From assembly GCA_964644275.1 (NCBI GenBank), contig CAZXVI010000006.1, positions 8,423 through 72,422 on the forward strand: 64,000 bases of DNA. Reading direction: 5' to 3'. The notes under the pieces were generated by a model. The model searched no databases. It was given only the letters and a program-made list of their open reading frames with translations, and was not told where the DNA came from. This DNA is from an uncultured Ruminococcus sp. (GTDB lineage Bacteria > Bacillota > Clostridia > Oscillospirales > Ruminococcaceae). The position numbers and the translations under genes were made by a program. Below, piece by piece: positions 17,181 to 25,240 of the stretch. Each line of letters opens with the position of its first letter. Position 1 is the first letter of the stretch.

Positions 17181-18023
17181 ATGAACAGCTGGGCAGAAGG
17201 CATCCAGAATGCCATTGAATACATTGAAGATCATCTGACGGAGGATCTGGAGATTGCGGATATCGCCGCAAAGGCATATGTTTCACCCTTTCACTTTCAG
17301 CGGATTTTCAGTGTGCTGTGCGGTTTTACGGTGGGGGAATACATCCGCTGCCGCAGACTTACTCTTGCAGCGCAGGAATTGTCCGGGGATTGTGCAAAGG
17401 TCATTGACATTGCAGTAAAATACGGCTATGATTCGCCGGACAGCTTTGCAAGGGCGTTCACGAGATTTCATGGCATTTCTCCCTCGGCTGCAAAGGAAAA
17501 AGGGGCAAACCTTAAGTCGTTTGCTCCCTTGCGAATCAAATTAACATTGGAGGGCGGTACGATGATGGAGTACAAAATTGTGGAAAAGGCAGCATTTACA
17601 ATCATGGGAAGGTCGAGACAATTCTGCGTAGATACTTCCTATACAGAAATTCCGAAATTCTGGGAAGAGCATATGCAGAGCGGTGAAGCTGAAGTCGTCT
17701 GCGGCATGTATGGCGTCTGCATGGACGGTGACGGCAAGAATTTTGAATACCTCATTGCAGATAATTATCTGCCGTGGAATGAGGTGCCCAAGGGGTATGT
17801 AACGAGGGTTATTCCTGCCGGAACATGGGCAGTATTCCCCTGCAAAGGCGCACTTCCCAAGGCATTGCAGGATGTGAATACAAAAATCTGGAGCGAATGG
17901 CTGCCTGGCTGCAAGGAATACAAGCTTGCCGGGAACTATAACCTTGAAGTGTATCTGACTCCGCCGCAGGAAAGTCCTGAGGAGACCTACAGCGAAATCT
18001 GGGTGCCGGTGGAGCGGATCTGA
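17181..18023 (+). CDS. AraC family regulator with C-terminal GyrI-like effector-binding domain
   Basis: N-terminal HTHs are present (IADIAAKAYVSPFHFQRIFSVLCGFTVGEYIRCRRL..YGYDSPDSFARAFTRFHGISP). The C-terminal GyrI-like part reads EYKIVEKAAFTIMG..EIWVPV. Confidence 0.9.
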   Translation: MNSWAEGIQNAIEYIEDHLTEDLEIADIAAKAYVSPFHFQRIFSVLCGFTVGEYIRCRRLTLAAQELSGDCAKVIDIAVKYGYDSPDSFARAFTRFHGISPSAAKEKGANLKSFAPLRIKLTLEGGTMMEYKIVEKAAFTIMGRSRQFCVDTSYTEIPKFWEEHMQSGEAEVVCGMYGVCMDGDGKNFEYLIADNYLPWNEVPKGYVTRVIPAGTWAVFPCKGALPKALQDVNTKIWSEWLPGCKEYKLAGNYNLEVYLTPPQESPEETYSEIWVPVERI

Positions 18024-18028
18024 CAGAC

Positions 18029-18076
18029 AAATACATGGGGAGCTTCCTGATCGGCCAGCTCCCCATGTATTTTACT
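18029..18076 (+). terminator. Rho-independent terminator after the AraC/GyrI gene
   Basis: A 16-bp stem pairs AAATACATGGGGAGCT with AGCTCCCCATGTATTT around a 12-nt loop, followed by a T-containing tail. Confidence 0.6.
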
Positions 18077-18173
18077 GAAGTTACGTTGTCTGATCCGCTC
18101 CCCTCAGAGAGGGGGTGTGAATGCTTGCGTAAACCAGAACTCATAAAAAAATTGAATTCCGTGAATTTGCCAC

Positions 18174-18202
18174 TTGACGAAACACGGAAAATGTGATATA
18201 CT
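18174..18202 (+). promoter_or_regulatory. SigmaA-type promoter of the B12-riboswitch operon
   Basis: TTGACG (18174-18179), a 17-nt spacer, then TATACT (18197-18202) with TGa extended -10. Confidence 0.7.
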
Positions 18203-18289
18203 ATTGCTTGTAATGCTAATTCTCCAAGCTGCAATGGATATACGCCGGCGCAGCCCAGGTATGCTTTGGTTGACCTGGGGTTAAGGGAT

Positions 18290-18440
18290 TAGCAGCAATT
18301 GAATAGTGTTTCGCAGTTCGGTTCCGTTCATCGGATGAGAGGGAAGTTCGGTGCAAATCCGTCGCAACCATCATTACCGTAATTGGAGCAGACATTCTCC
18401 TTAAGTCGGGATACTCACCGGACAATGCGAAGGTACCGGC
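18290..18440 (+). promoter_or_regulatory. Cobalamin riboswitch, compact form
   Basis: The core reads AGAGGGAAGTTCGGTGCAAATCCG..ACCGTAATTGGAGC with a B12-box-like AAGTCGGGATACTCACC. I do not see the GCCACTG..GGGAAGGC peripheral element of long AdoCbl-type members. Boundaries are approximate. Confidence 0.75.
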
Positions 18441-18540
18441 AGGCGTTTCGTTTGCCGCAGCATTTTTGGATATGAAAAGTGCAGCCGTTTGATGTTTCAG
18501 GGAAAGGTGTATTCGTTTGCCCGGAGCAGATAAATCGCTG

Positions 18541-18581
18541 CGCTTTTTTGTTGTTCATACAGCAAAAAAGCGTTTCTTTTT
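18541..18581 (+). terminator. Intrinsic terminator of the cobalamin riboswitch expression platform
   Basis: A 10-bp stem pairs CGCTTTTTTG with CAAAAAAGCG around a 12-nt loop, followed by TTTCTTTTT, just upstream of the RBS GGGAGAGG. Confidence 0.8.
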
Positions 18582-18594
18582 GGGAGAGGTAGTT

Positions 18595-18810
18595 ATGGTG
18601 AAGGAAAAGCTGACCAAATCGGATTGTCTTGTCCTCTTAAAGGACAAGCATGCTTCCCTGTTGGAAAAGGGAGAGAACCGGTATCCGAAGCGCTCGGATT
18701 TTTCCGAACGTGAGGTGGTGGCGATCAAAGCATTCCTCGGTCCATGGCCAAGAGCACTGGAAGCTGCCGGAGTCAAACCGCCCGGATCCCGTATAAAGAA
18801 ACGGCATTGA
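18595..18810 (+). CDS. Small protein resembling a single 'homing-endonuclease-associated repeat' (HTH-like) unit
   Basis: 71 aa: MVKEKLTKSDCLVLLKDKHASLLEKGENRYPKRSDFSEREVVAIKAFLGPWPRALEAAGVKP.. The pattern P-x-R-x-D-F ... (F/L)G-x-W-x-x-A-L-E-A-A-G-(L/V) matches that repeat family. Start is ATG 18595 after the terminator and RBS. Confidence 0.6.
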   Translation: MVKEKLTKSDCLVLLKDKHASLLEKGENRYPKRSDFSEREVVAIKAFLGPWPRALEAAGVKPPGSRIKKRH

Positions 18811-18875
18811 ACCCCATTCGTCAATCCATCCTGCACAGCAGGTGTGATAAATCCAATTAAAGAGAGGTTATTTCC

Positions 18876-19814
18876 ATGAAACAATTATTTGCATCCCTGC
18901 TTTCTGTACTGGCAGTGACAGCTGCCTGCACCGGAGCCGTTTTTGCCGAAGAAACCGATTCTGTGAATGTATATGTCACAATTTCTGATGCGGAAGGCAC
19001 TCTGGCACTTGCTGCCGAAAGCATCGCCGTTTCCGACATAGACGGTGACGGTGCCCTTACCATCAATGATGCACTGTACCTTGCCCATGAAGCATGCTAT
19101 GACGGCGGTGCCGCTGCCGGCTATGCTTCTGCTTACGGCGATTATGGTCTGAGTCTGAACAAGCTTTGGGGTACAGAAAACGGCGGCAGCTATGGCTATT
19201 ATGTGAACAACGCTTCTGCATGGTCCCTTGCAGATCCCGTTGCGGACGGCGATTATATCAATGCCTTTGTGTATACGGATCTGAATGCATGGTCGGATAC
19301 CTACTGCTATTTTGACGCCAACTCTGTATCGGCTGAAGCCGGTGAAGAAGTAACACTTACCCTACTGGCAGCCGGATATGATGCCGACTGGAATCCTGCT
19401 GTACTTCCTGTGGAGGATGCCATCATTACAATTGACGGAGAAGCCTCCGACTGGCGGACTGATGCTGAGGGCAAGGTAACATTGTCCTTTAAAAACGGCG
19501 GAAACTTTGTGATCAGTGCAGTTTCTGACACGCAGATTCTTGTGCCGCCTGTTTGCAAGGCTGCTGTCACAGGGACAGAGGAAGAAACCGCTGCGCCAAC
19601 GGAAGCCCTCGAAGCTACAGAAGCAGAGCCAACAGAAACCACTGCTTCAGAAGAACCGACGGAGGCAGATACGCAAGCAGCTGCTTCCGATGCAAAGGGC
19701 ACTGTGACGTCCCCGGATACCGGAAATTCCTCCGGTCTCTGTGCCGCAGGTGCAGGGGCATTGGCCTGCCTCGGCATCGTAACAGCTGCACGTAAGCGCA
19801 ATCATGAGAAATAA
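18876..19814 (+). CDS. Sortase-anchored cell-wall protein with a DUF4430-like N-terminal module
   Basis: A signal peptide is present (MKQLFASLLSVLAVTAACTGAVFA). The C-terminal sorting signal is SPDTG, then a hydrophobic stretch, then RKRNHEK. There is a Ca-loop-like DIDGDGALTINDAL. WGTENGGSYGYYVNN..VADGDYINAFVY is reminiscent of the DUF4430 C-terminal pattern. A T/E/A-rich stalk follows. Confidence 0.8.
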   Translation: MKQLFASLLSVLAVTAACTGAVFAEETDSVNVYVTISDAEGTLALAAESIAVSDIDGDGALTINDALYLAHEACYDGGAAAGYASAYGDYGLSLNKLWGTENGGSYGYYVNNASAWSLADPVADGDYINAFVYTDLNAWSDTYCYFDANSVSAEAGEEVTLTLLAAGYDADWNPAVLPVEDAIITIDGEASDWRTDAEGKVTLSFKNGGNFVISAVSDTQILVPPVCKAAVTGTEEETAAPTEALEATEAEPTETTASEEPTEADTQAAASDAKGTVTSPDTGNSSGLCAAGAGALACLGIVTAARKRNHEK

Positions 19815-21654
19815 GTTCTTTGCCGGATTGCTCTGTACTCTGCTTTTGCTGAGTATGGGCTTTTCACCGGTCAGAACCTATGCGGAAACCGTCGATGAGG
19901 TGCAAAGCCTTATCGACGGTATTGTTGACTTTCAGCTGAACAGCAGTGGTGCAGATTCCGTTCAGGACTGGATCAATAGTACCCTGACAGCAAATGCCGG
20001 CAGTACATCGGAATGGTATATTCTGGCACTGAGCCAGAACGGAACCAACTATGACTTTTCATCCTATGAGGCTGCTTTGACTTCTTATCTCAGCGGAACA
20101 ACCGTAGCAAGCGCAACCTCCCGTCAGAAATACGCTCTTGTTCTTATTGCAGTGGGAAGCAGCAATACCTATATTTCCGAAGCGCTGCATTCCTCCATTG
20201 GCATGCAGGGAATTATGAGCTGGGTATATGGTCTGCATCTGCTGAATAACGGTTATACCAGTGACAGCTATAACGCTGGGGAAATTGTCAGCCAGCTGCT
20301 TTCCATGCAGCTGAGTGACGGCGGCTGGGCACTGTCCGGCAGTGTATCGGATGTGGATGTGACAGCCATGACGGTGCAGGCATTGGCACCGTACTATTCC
20401 GCAAACAAAGCTGCCATCGACCGTGCTGTATCCCTCCTTTCACAGAAACAGCTGGACAGCGGCGATTACGCAAGCTATGGCGTTGCAAATCCGGAAAGCA
20501 CGGCACAGGTCATTACGGCACTTTCCGCCCTTGGAATTGACTGCCTGTCGGATTCACGCTTTATCAAGAACGGAAACACCTTGCTGGATGGCATTGCAAA
20601 ATACCAGCTGGCTGACGGCAGCATCAGCCATACAGAAGGCGGTGCCTTCAATCAGATGGCAACTGTGCAGGTGTTTTATGGGCTGACGGCCTATATCAGG
20701 CAGCAAAGAGGCGGGAGTTCACTGTATCTCCTGGATAACCGCAGTCCGGAGGCGCTTTCCGGCACAGCTCCTGCACCAACGGAAGCGCCTGCTGTACAGA
20801 CGAATACACCTGCAGTTTCTCCGTCAACGGAGGGACAGACAGTCCGTCCGGATGCACCTGCTCCGACAGAAACAGAATGCACTGCTGCGGAAACAATGCA
20901 GACAAGTACATTCATCGAAAGCACCGCAGGAACCGCAGGAACCAACAGGGAAACAACCATAACTGCAATAAACAGCAGCACAGCAGTATCCCCAACAACA
21001 AGCACGGAATCGACAGAAACAGAAGTCATCACGGAATCAGAACCCAATACGGAAGAGAATGGGAGCAGGAATTCCGGGGGCTACAAGCCATGGGCATGCC
21101 TGATAGTGATCGGTATTGGCGGTACAGTCTGTCTGATCTTGTTCCTTGTCAAAAAACGCCATCCCAAGAACTTTATTGCTGTTGTGCTGCTCACCGGACT
21201 GGGAATCGTCTTCATCTGCCTGACTAACTTCCAGAGTGCAGAGGATTACTATCATGGAGAAAACAGCGAGAAAGCAAACAGCATCGGCACGGTAACCATG
21301 ACCATCCGCTGCGACACAATTACAGACAAAGGCGATGGGGATTATATTCCGAAGGATGGTGTCATACTGGATGTGACAGCATTTTCCATTGCGGATGGAG
21401 ACACGGTATTTACAATACTGACAGAAGCGGCGCAGGCCTATGGCATTCAGTTGGAATACAGCGGCAGCCCGAAGCTGGCATATGTTTCAGGGATCAACTA
21501 CATCTATGAATTTGAGTTCGGTGATTTGTCCGGATGGGTCTATCACGTCAACGGTACTGCACCGTCCGTGGGCTGCGGTGAGTACCTGCTAACGGACGGC
21601 GATGTTATCGAATGGCACTATACCTGTGATTTAGGCAATGATGTAAATAAGTAG
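19804..21654 (+). CDS. Membrane-tethered protein: signal peptide, alpha/alpha-toroid repeats, TM hairpin, DUF4430 (transcobalamin beta-domain-like) domain
   Basis: Toroid-type repeats are MQLSDGGWAL, KQLDSGDYASYG and YQLADGSISH. A T/P/E-rich linker follows. Two hydrophobic helices (WACLIVIGIGGTVCLILFLV and FIAVVLLTGLGIVFICL) flank KKRHPKN. The C-terminal part DGDTVFTILTEAAQAYGIQLEYSGS..YIYEFEFGDLSGWVYHVNG..LTDGDVIEWHYT is classic DUF4430. Confidence 0.85.
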   Translation: MRNKFFAGLLCTLLLLSMGFSPVRTYAETVDEVQSLIDGIVDFQLNSSGADSVQDWINSTLTANAGSTSEWYILALSQNGTNYDFSSYEAALTSYLSGTTVASATSRQKYALVLIAVGSSNTYISEALHSSIGMQGIMSWVYGLHLLNNGYTSDSYNAGEIVSQLLSMQLSDGGWALSGSVSDVDVTAMTVQALAPYYSANKAAIDRAVSLLSQKQLDSGDYASYGVANPESTAQVITALSALGIDCLSDSRFIKNGNTLLDGIAKYQLADGSISHTEGGAFNQMATVQVFYGLTAYIRQQRGGSSLYLLDNRSPEALSGTAPAPTEAPAVQTNTPAVSPSTEGQTVRPDAPAPTETECTAAETMQTSTFIESTAGTAGTNRETTITAINSSTAVSPTTSTESTETEVITESEPNTEENGSRNSGGYKPWACLIVIGIGGTVCLILFLVKKRHPKNFIAVVLLTGLGIVFICLTNFQSAEDYYHGENSEKANSIGTVTMTIRCDTITDKGDGDYIPKDGVILDVTAFSIADGDTVFTILTEAAQAYGIQLEYSGSPKLAYVSGINYIYEFEFGDLSGWVYHVNGTAPSVGCGEYLLTDGDVIEWHYTCDLGNDVNK

Positions 21655-21672
21655 AAAAACGGAGGTGCGGCA

Positions 21673-22551
21673 ATGAAGTCCTTTGCAGAGTATCATCCCA
21701 TGGCAATCACAATTTATTTTCTGACAACTGCCGGAATTGCTATGTTCTGCTCAAATCCTGTCATCACTGCAATTTCGCTGTTCGGCGCTCTGCTGCTCTT
21801 TGTCATCAGAAACGGACGCAGGCACGCAGCATCCCATCTGTATTTTCTTGGACTGTTTCTGGTGATGGCACTCATCAATCCCCTTGTGTCCCACAATGGC
21901 GCAACGGTACTCTTTGTCATGAATCATCATCCGGTCACAATGGAGGCGCTGCTGTACGGTATCGGAGCTTCCGCCGGTATTCTTGCCGTCCTCTACTGGT
22001 TCCGCAGCTTTTCACAGATTATGACAAGGGATAAGCTACTGTATGTTTTCGGGGCATTATCTCCGAAGCTGTCGTTGGTGCTTTCCATGGCCATCCGCTA
22101 TGTCTCCCTCTTCAGCCGACAGACAAAAAAGGTAATCCAATCCCAGAAAGCGCTTGGTCTTTACAAGGAAGACAACATCATGGACAATCTCAGAGGCAGC
22201 CTCCGTGTGTTTTCCGTCATGCTTACCTGGGCTTTGGAAAACGGCATTATCACGGCGGACAGCATGGCAGCAAGAGGTTATGGCATCGGAAAGCGAACCC
22301 ATTTTTCCATCTTCCGTTTCCGGAAATCGGACGGGCTGCTGCTCTGTCTGAGCCTGCTGCTCTTTGCAGTTACCTGCACGGGGATGGGCTGCGGTGCGCT
22401 GGAGTTCCACTATTACCCCACCATTACAGCGTTAAGGTGTTCCCCCCTGGCGGCTGTCAGTTATGGATCTTACGGACTGCTGGTGCTTCTGCCGGCAGTC
22501 ATTGAAACGGAGGAGGCAATCAAATGGAACTGCTGTCTGTCGAAAATCTGA
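21673..22551 (+). CDS. ecfT: ECF transporter transmembrane (T) component, CbiQ/EcfT family
   Basis: A polytopic membrane protein with the coupling-helix region ..SMAARGYG.. and CbiQ-like organisation. GGAGG RBS. Confidence 0.85.
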   Translation: MKSFAEYHPMAITIYFLTTAGIAMFCSNPVITAISLFGALLLFVIRNGRRHAASHLYFLGLFLVMALINPLVSHNGATVLFVMNHHPVTMEALLYGIGASAGILAVLYWFRSFSQIMTRDKLLYVFGALSPKLSLVLSMAIRYVSLFSRQTKKVIQSQKALGLYKEDNIMDNLRGSLRVFSVMLTWALENGIITADSMAARGYGIGKRTHFSIFRFRKSDGLLLCLSLLLFAVTCTGMGCGALEFHYYPTITALRCSPLAAVSYGSYGLLVLLPAVIETEEAIKWNCCLSKI

Positions 22552-24158
22552 GCTTTACCTATCCCCTCTGTACAGAACCGGCAGTCAGGCAGGTTTCCTT
22601 CCGGATACACCGGGGAGAGCTGATTACTGTCTGCGGCGCAACGGGCAGCGGAAAATCCACGCTTCTGCGGCTGCTGAAGCGTGAGCTGACACCCCTGGGA
22701 ACATTGTCGGGAACCATCCGTTTCCGGGGAAAACCTCTTTCTTCCCTTTCCGAAAAGGAGGCTGCCGCAAAAATCGGCTTTGTCATGCAGAAACCGGAGC
22801 AGCAGATTGTTACGGACAGAGTCTGGCACGAGCTTGCTTTCGGACTGGAAAATCTACAGATTCCGCAGGAGAGCATTGCACAGCGTATTGCTGAAATGGC
22901 AAGCTATTTCGGCATCGAAAGCTGGTATGAAAAGGATGTATCCGAGCTTTCCGGCGGTCAGAAACAGCTGCTGAATCTGGCTGCGGTAATGGTGATGCAG
23001 CCGGATGTTCTGATTCTGGATGAACCTACTGCACAGCTGGACCCCATTGCGGCATCGGATTTTATCCGGACGCTGAAACAGCTGAACAACGATTTTGCTC
23101 TGACGATCATTGTTGTGGAGCATCGGCTGGAGGAGGTCATTCCTCTCTGCGACCGGCTGATGGTAATGGAGCAGGGACAGCTTCTCCACTTTGATACGCC
23201 CCGGACAGTTATCGCCAGGCTCCACGACAAGCCGGAGCTGCTCTGTGCTATGCCGGCAGCGGCAAGGCTGTACAGCAGACTTTCACTGCATGGAGAATGT
23301 CCGCTGACAGTGCGTGAAGGCAGAGAATTTCTCGAAACCCATTTCCAGAACAGGGTACAAAGCCTGCCAGCAGCCGATCATCCCCATGCTCCCGGTGCTG
23401 CTCTGGAGTTCCGGAATGTTTTCTTCCGCTATGATCGGAGCCAGCCGGATGTGCTCCATGATTTGCAGCTGACGGTGTACGAACAGGAGATTTTCTGTAT
23501 TCTCGGCGGAAATGGCTCTGGGAAAACCACTGCCCTGGGCACTGCTGCCGGACTACTGAAGCCCTACAGCGGAACGGTCAGGGTCTTCGGGGAAAAAATC
23601 AGGGACTACAAAAATCAGTCCCTCTACCGGAACTGCCTTGCAGTCCTGCCCCAGGATGTGCAGACTGTCTTTCTGAAAAACACGGTCCGGGAGGAGCTTG
23701 CCGATATGGGGGACATGGACGAACATCTGCCCTTCAATATCCGGCATTTATATGATCAGCATCCCTATGATTTGTCCGGGGGGGAACAGCAGCTTGTAGC
23801 ACTTGCTAAAATTCTGGCATTGCGGCCAAAGCTTCTGCTGCTGGATGAGCCGACCAAGGGACTGGATGCCCATGCCAAGCTGCAGTTCACTCATATCATG
23901 AGGGAATTGCAGAAACAGGGTATGACCATCATTACCGTTACCCACGATGTGGAACTGGCAGCGCTCTGTGCGGACCGGTGTGCACTGTTCTTTCGGGGAA
24001 ATGTGGTGTCAACGGATATTCCTTCCCGTTTTTTTGCAGAGAACAGCTTTTATACAACTGCTATCAGCCGCATGACACGGGGCTTCTATACAGGCGCAGT
24101 TACCGTGGAAGATGCCGCTGTCCTTTGCGAGAGAAACGGATGGAAGGAGGAGCGGTAA
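22524..24158 (+). CDS. ECF transporter ATPase, fused duplicated A-A' component
   Basis: Two complete ABC cassettes are present: GATGSGKST / LSGGQKQLL / ILDEPTAQLD and GGNGSGKTT / LSGGEQQLV / LLDEPTKGLD. Confidence 0.9.
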   Translation: MELLSVENLSFTYPLCTEPAVRQVSFRIHRGELITVCGATGSGKSTLLRLLKRELTPLGTLSGTIRFRGKPLSSLSEKEAAAKIGFVMQKPEQQIVTDRVWHELAFGLENLQIPQESIAQRIAEMASYFGIESWYEKDVSELSGGQKQLLNLAAVMVMQPDVLILDEPTAQLDPIAASDFIRTLKQLNNDFALTIIVVEHRLEEVIPLCDRLMVMEQGQLLHFDTPRTVIARLHDKPELLCAMPAAARLYSRLSLHGECPLTVREGREFLETHFQNRVQSLPAADHPHAPGAALEFRNVFFRYDRSQPDVLHDLQLTVYEQEIFCILGGNGSGKTTALGTAAGLLKPYSGTVRVFGEKIRDYKNQSLYRNCLAVLPQDVQTVFLKNTVREELADMGDMDEHLPFNIRHLYDQHPYDLSGGEQQLVALAKILALRPKLLLLDEPTKGLDAHAKLQFTHIMRELQKQGMTIITVTHDVELAALCADRCALFFRGNVVSTDIPSRFFAENSFYTTAISRMTRGFYTGAVTVEDAAVLCERNGWKEER

Positions 24159-24844
24159 TGCTTTTTATCCAGAATAAACGGACAAGGCAAATTCTGAAAT
24201 GGAGTATTCCCCTGCTTCTGATTCCTGCCATCGTAGTGCTGGGGGCACTGGTTTTTCACGAGAAGCGTTATTTGTTCATTTCCTTTTCTGTTGCGGTCCT
24301 TGCTGTCATTCTGTTTCTGGCAGGCATTGAACACAAACAGGTCGGCACAAGGCGCATGGTCATTGTATCCGTCATGACGGCACTGTGCATTGCAGGACGG
24401 TTCATTCCTTTTTTTAAACCAATCACAGCGCTGACTGTCATCACATCTATTTATCTTGGCAGTGAAGCAGGGTTTCTGACAGGTGCCATGGCGGCGGTAC
24501 TGTCCAATTTCTACTTCGGACAGGGACCGTGGACACCCTTTCAGATGCTGGCATGGGGCATGATTGGCTGGATAGCCGGATTTCTTGCCGGACCGCTACA
24601 GCGATGCAGGGCCTTTCTGCTGGCATACGGCATACTGTCCGGCATAGCCTATTCGTTTATGATGGATGTGTGGACGGTGCTGTGGTATAATGACCACTTT
24701 GATTTGGCACTGTATCTGGCGGCGTTGGGCACAGCCATTCCCTATACTGTGATGTATGCAGTTTCCAACTTTCTCTTCTTGTGGTGGATGGCTAAGCCAT
24801 TCGGTGAAAAACTGGGACGGATAAAGCTAAAATACGGAGTCTGA
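24158..24844 (+). CDS. ECF transporter substrate-specific (S) component, candidate corrinoid-specific
   Basis: About 228 aa with roughly 6 hydrophobic helices. The ATG overlaps the ATPase stop (TAATG). Position and size fit an S component. The substrate is inferred only from riboswitch context. Confidence 0.7.
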   Translation: MLFIQNKRTRQILKWSIPLLLIPAIVVLGALVFHEKRYLFISFSVAVLAVILFLAGIEHKQVGTRRMVIVSVMTALCIAGRFIPFFKPITALTVITSIYLGSEAGFLTGAMAAVLSNFYFGQGPWTPFQMLAWGMIGWIAGFLAGPLQRCRAFLLAYGILSGIAYSFMMDVWTVLWYNDHFDLALYLAALGTAIPYTVMYAVSNFLFLWWMAKPFGEKLGRIKLKYGV

Positions 24845-24869
24845 TACTAATTCTCCAGGAGGTAGCATC

Positions 24870-25145
24870 ATGCAGAACAATGAAACTAAATCACGGAATT
24901 ACGCCTATTTTTCCCATGCAGAATGTGAATTTTTCCCCTGCCATGAACATGCGGACAGGAGAAACTTCAACTGTCTGTTCTGCTATTGTCCATTGTATCC
25001 GCTGGGGACACAGTGCGGCGGAGCGTTTGTCATTCTGCCAAACGGCACCAAGGACTGCAGCGCATGCCTTTTTCCCCACCTTCGTGAGAATTATGATGCT
25101 GTAATCGAAAGATACAGTGAAATCTGCAGCAAAATGTTCAGATGA
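24870..25145 (+). CDS. Cysteine-rich small domain (metal-binding) protein
   Basis: 91 aa with AECEFFPCHE..FNCLFCYCPLYP..CGG..DCSACLFPH, the 'cysteine-rich small domain' pattern often found near or fused to cobalamin-biosynthesis genes. AGGAGG RBS. Confidence 0.75.
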   Translation: MQNNETKSRNYAYFSHAECEFFPCHEHADRRNFNCLFCYCPLYPLGTQCGGAFVILPNGTKDCSACLFPHLRENYDAVIERYSEICSKMFR

Positions 25146-25175
25146 TGCTGATTTCTGCTGTAGGCAGCTGCCCTT

Positions 25176-25201
25176 CAAACTGTAATGTCTATTACAGTTT
25201 G
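25176..25201. other. Perfect 11-bp hairpin after the ECF operon
   Basis: CAAACTGTAAT-GTCT-ATTACAGTTTG. There is no clear U-tail on either strand. Confidence 0.4.
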
Positions 25202-25240
25202 GAGGATTAGCAGCAAAATAATGGCAGTCAGGAACAGAGC

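Noticed and set aside
18216-18425. A 69-aa minus-strand ORF within the B12 leader.
   Set aside because: It lies antisense to the cobalamin riboswitch core. It has no RBS, and the region is explained by the riboswitch.
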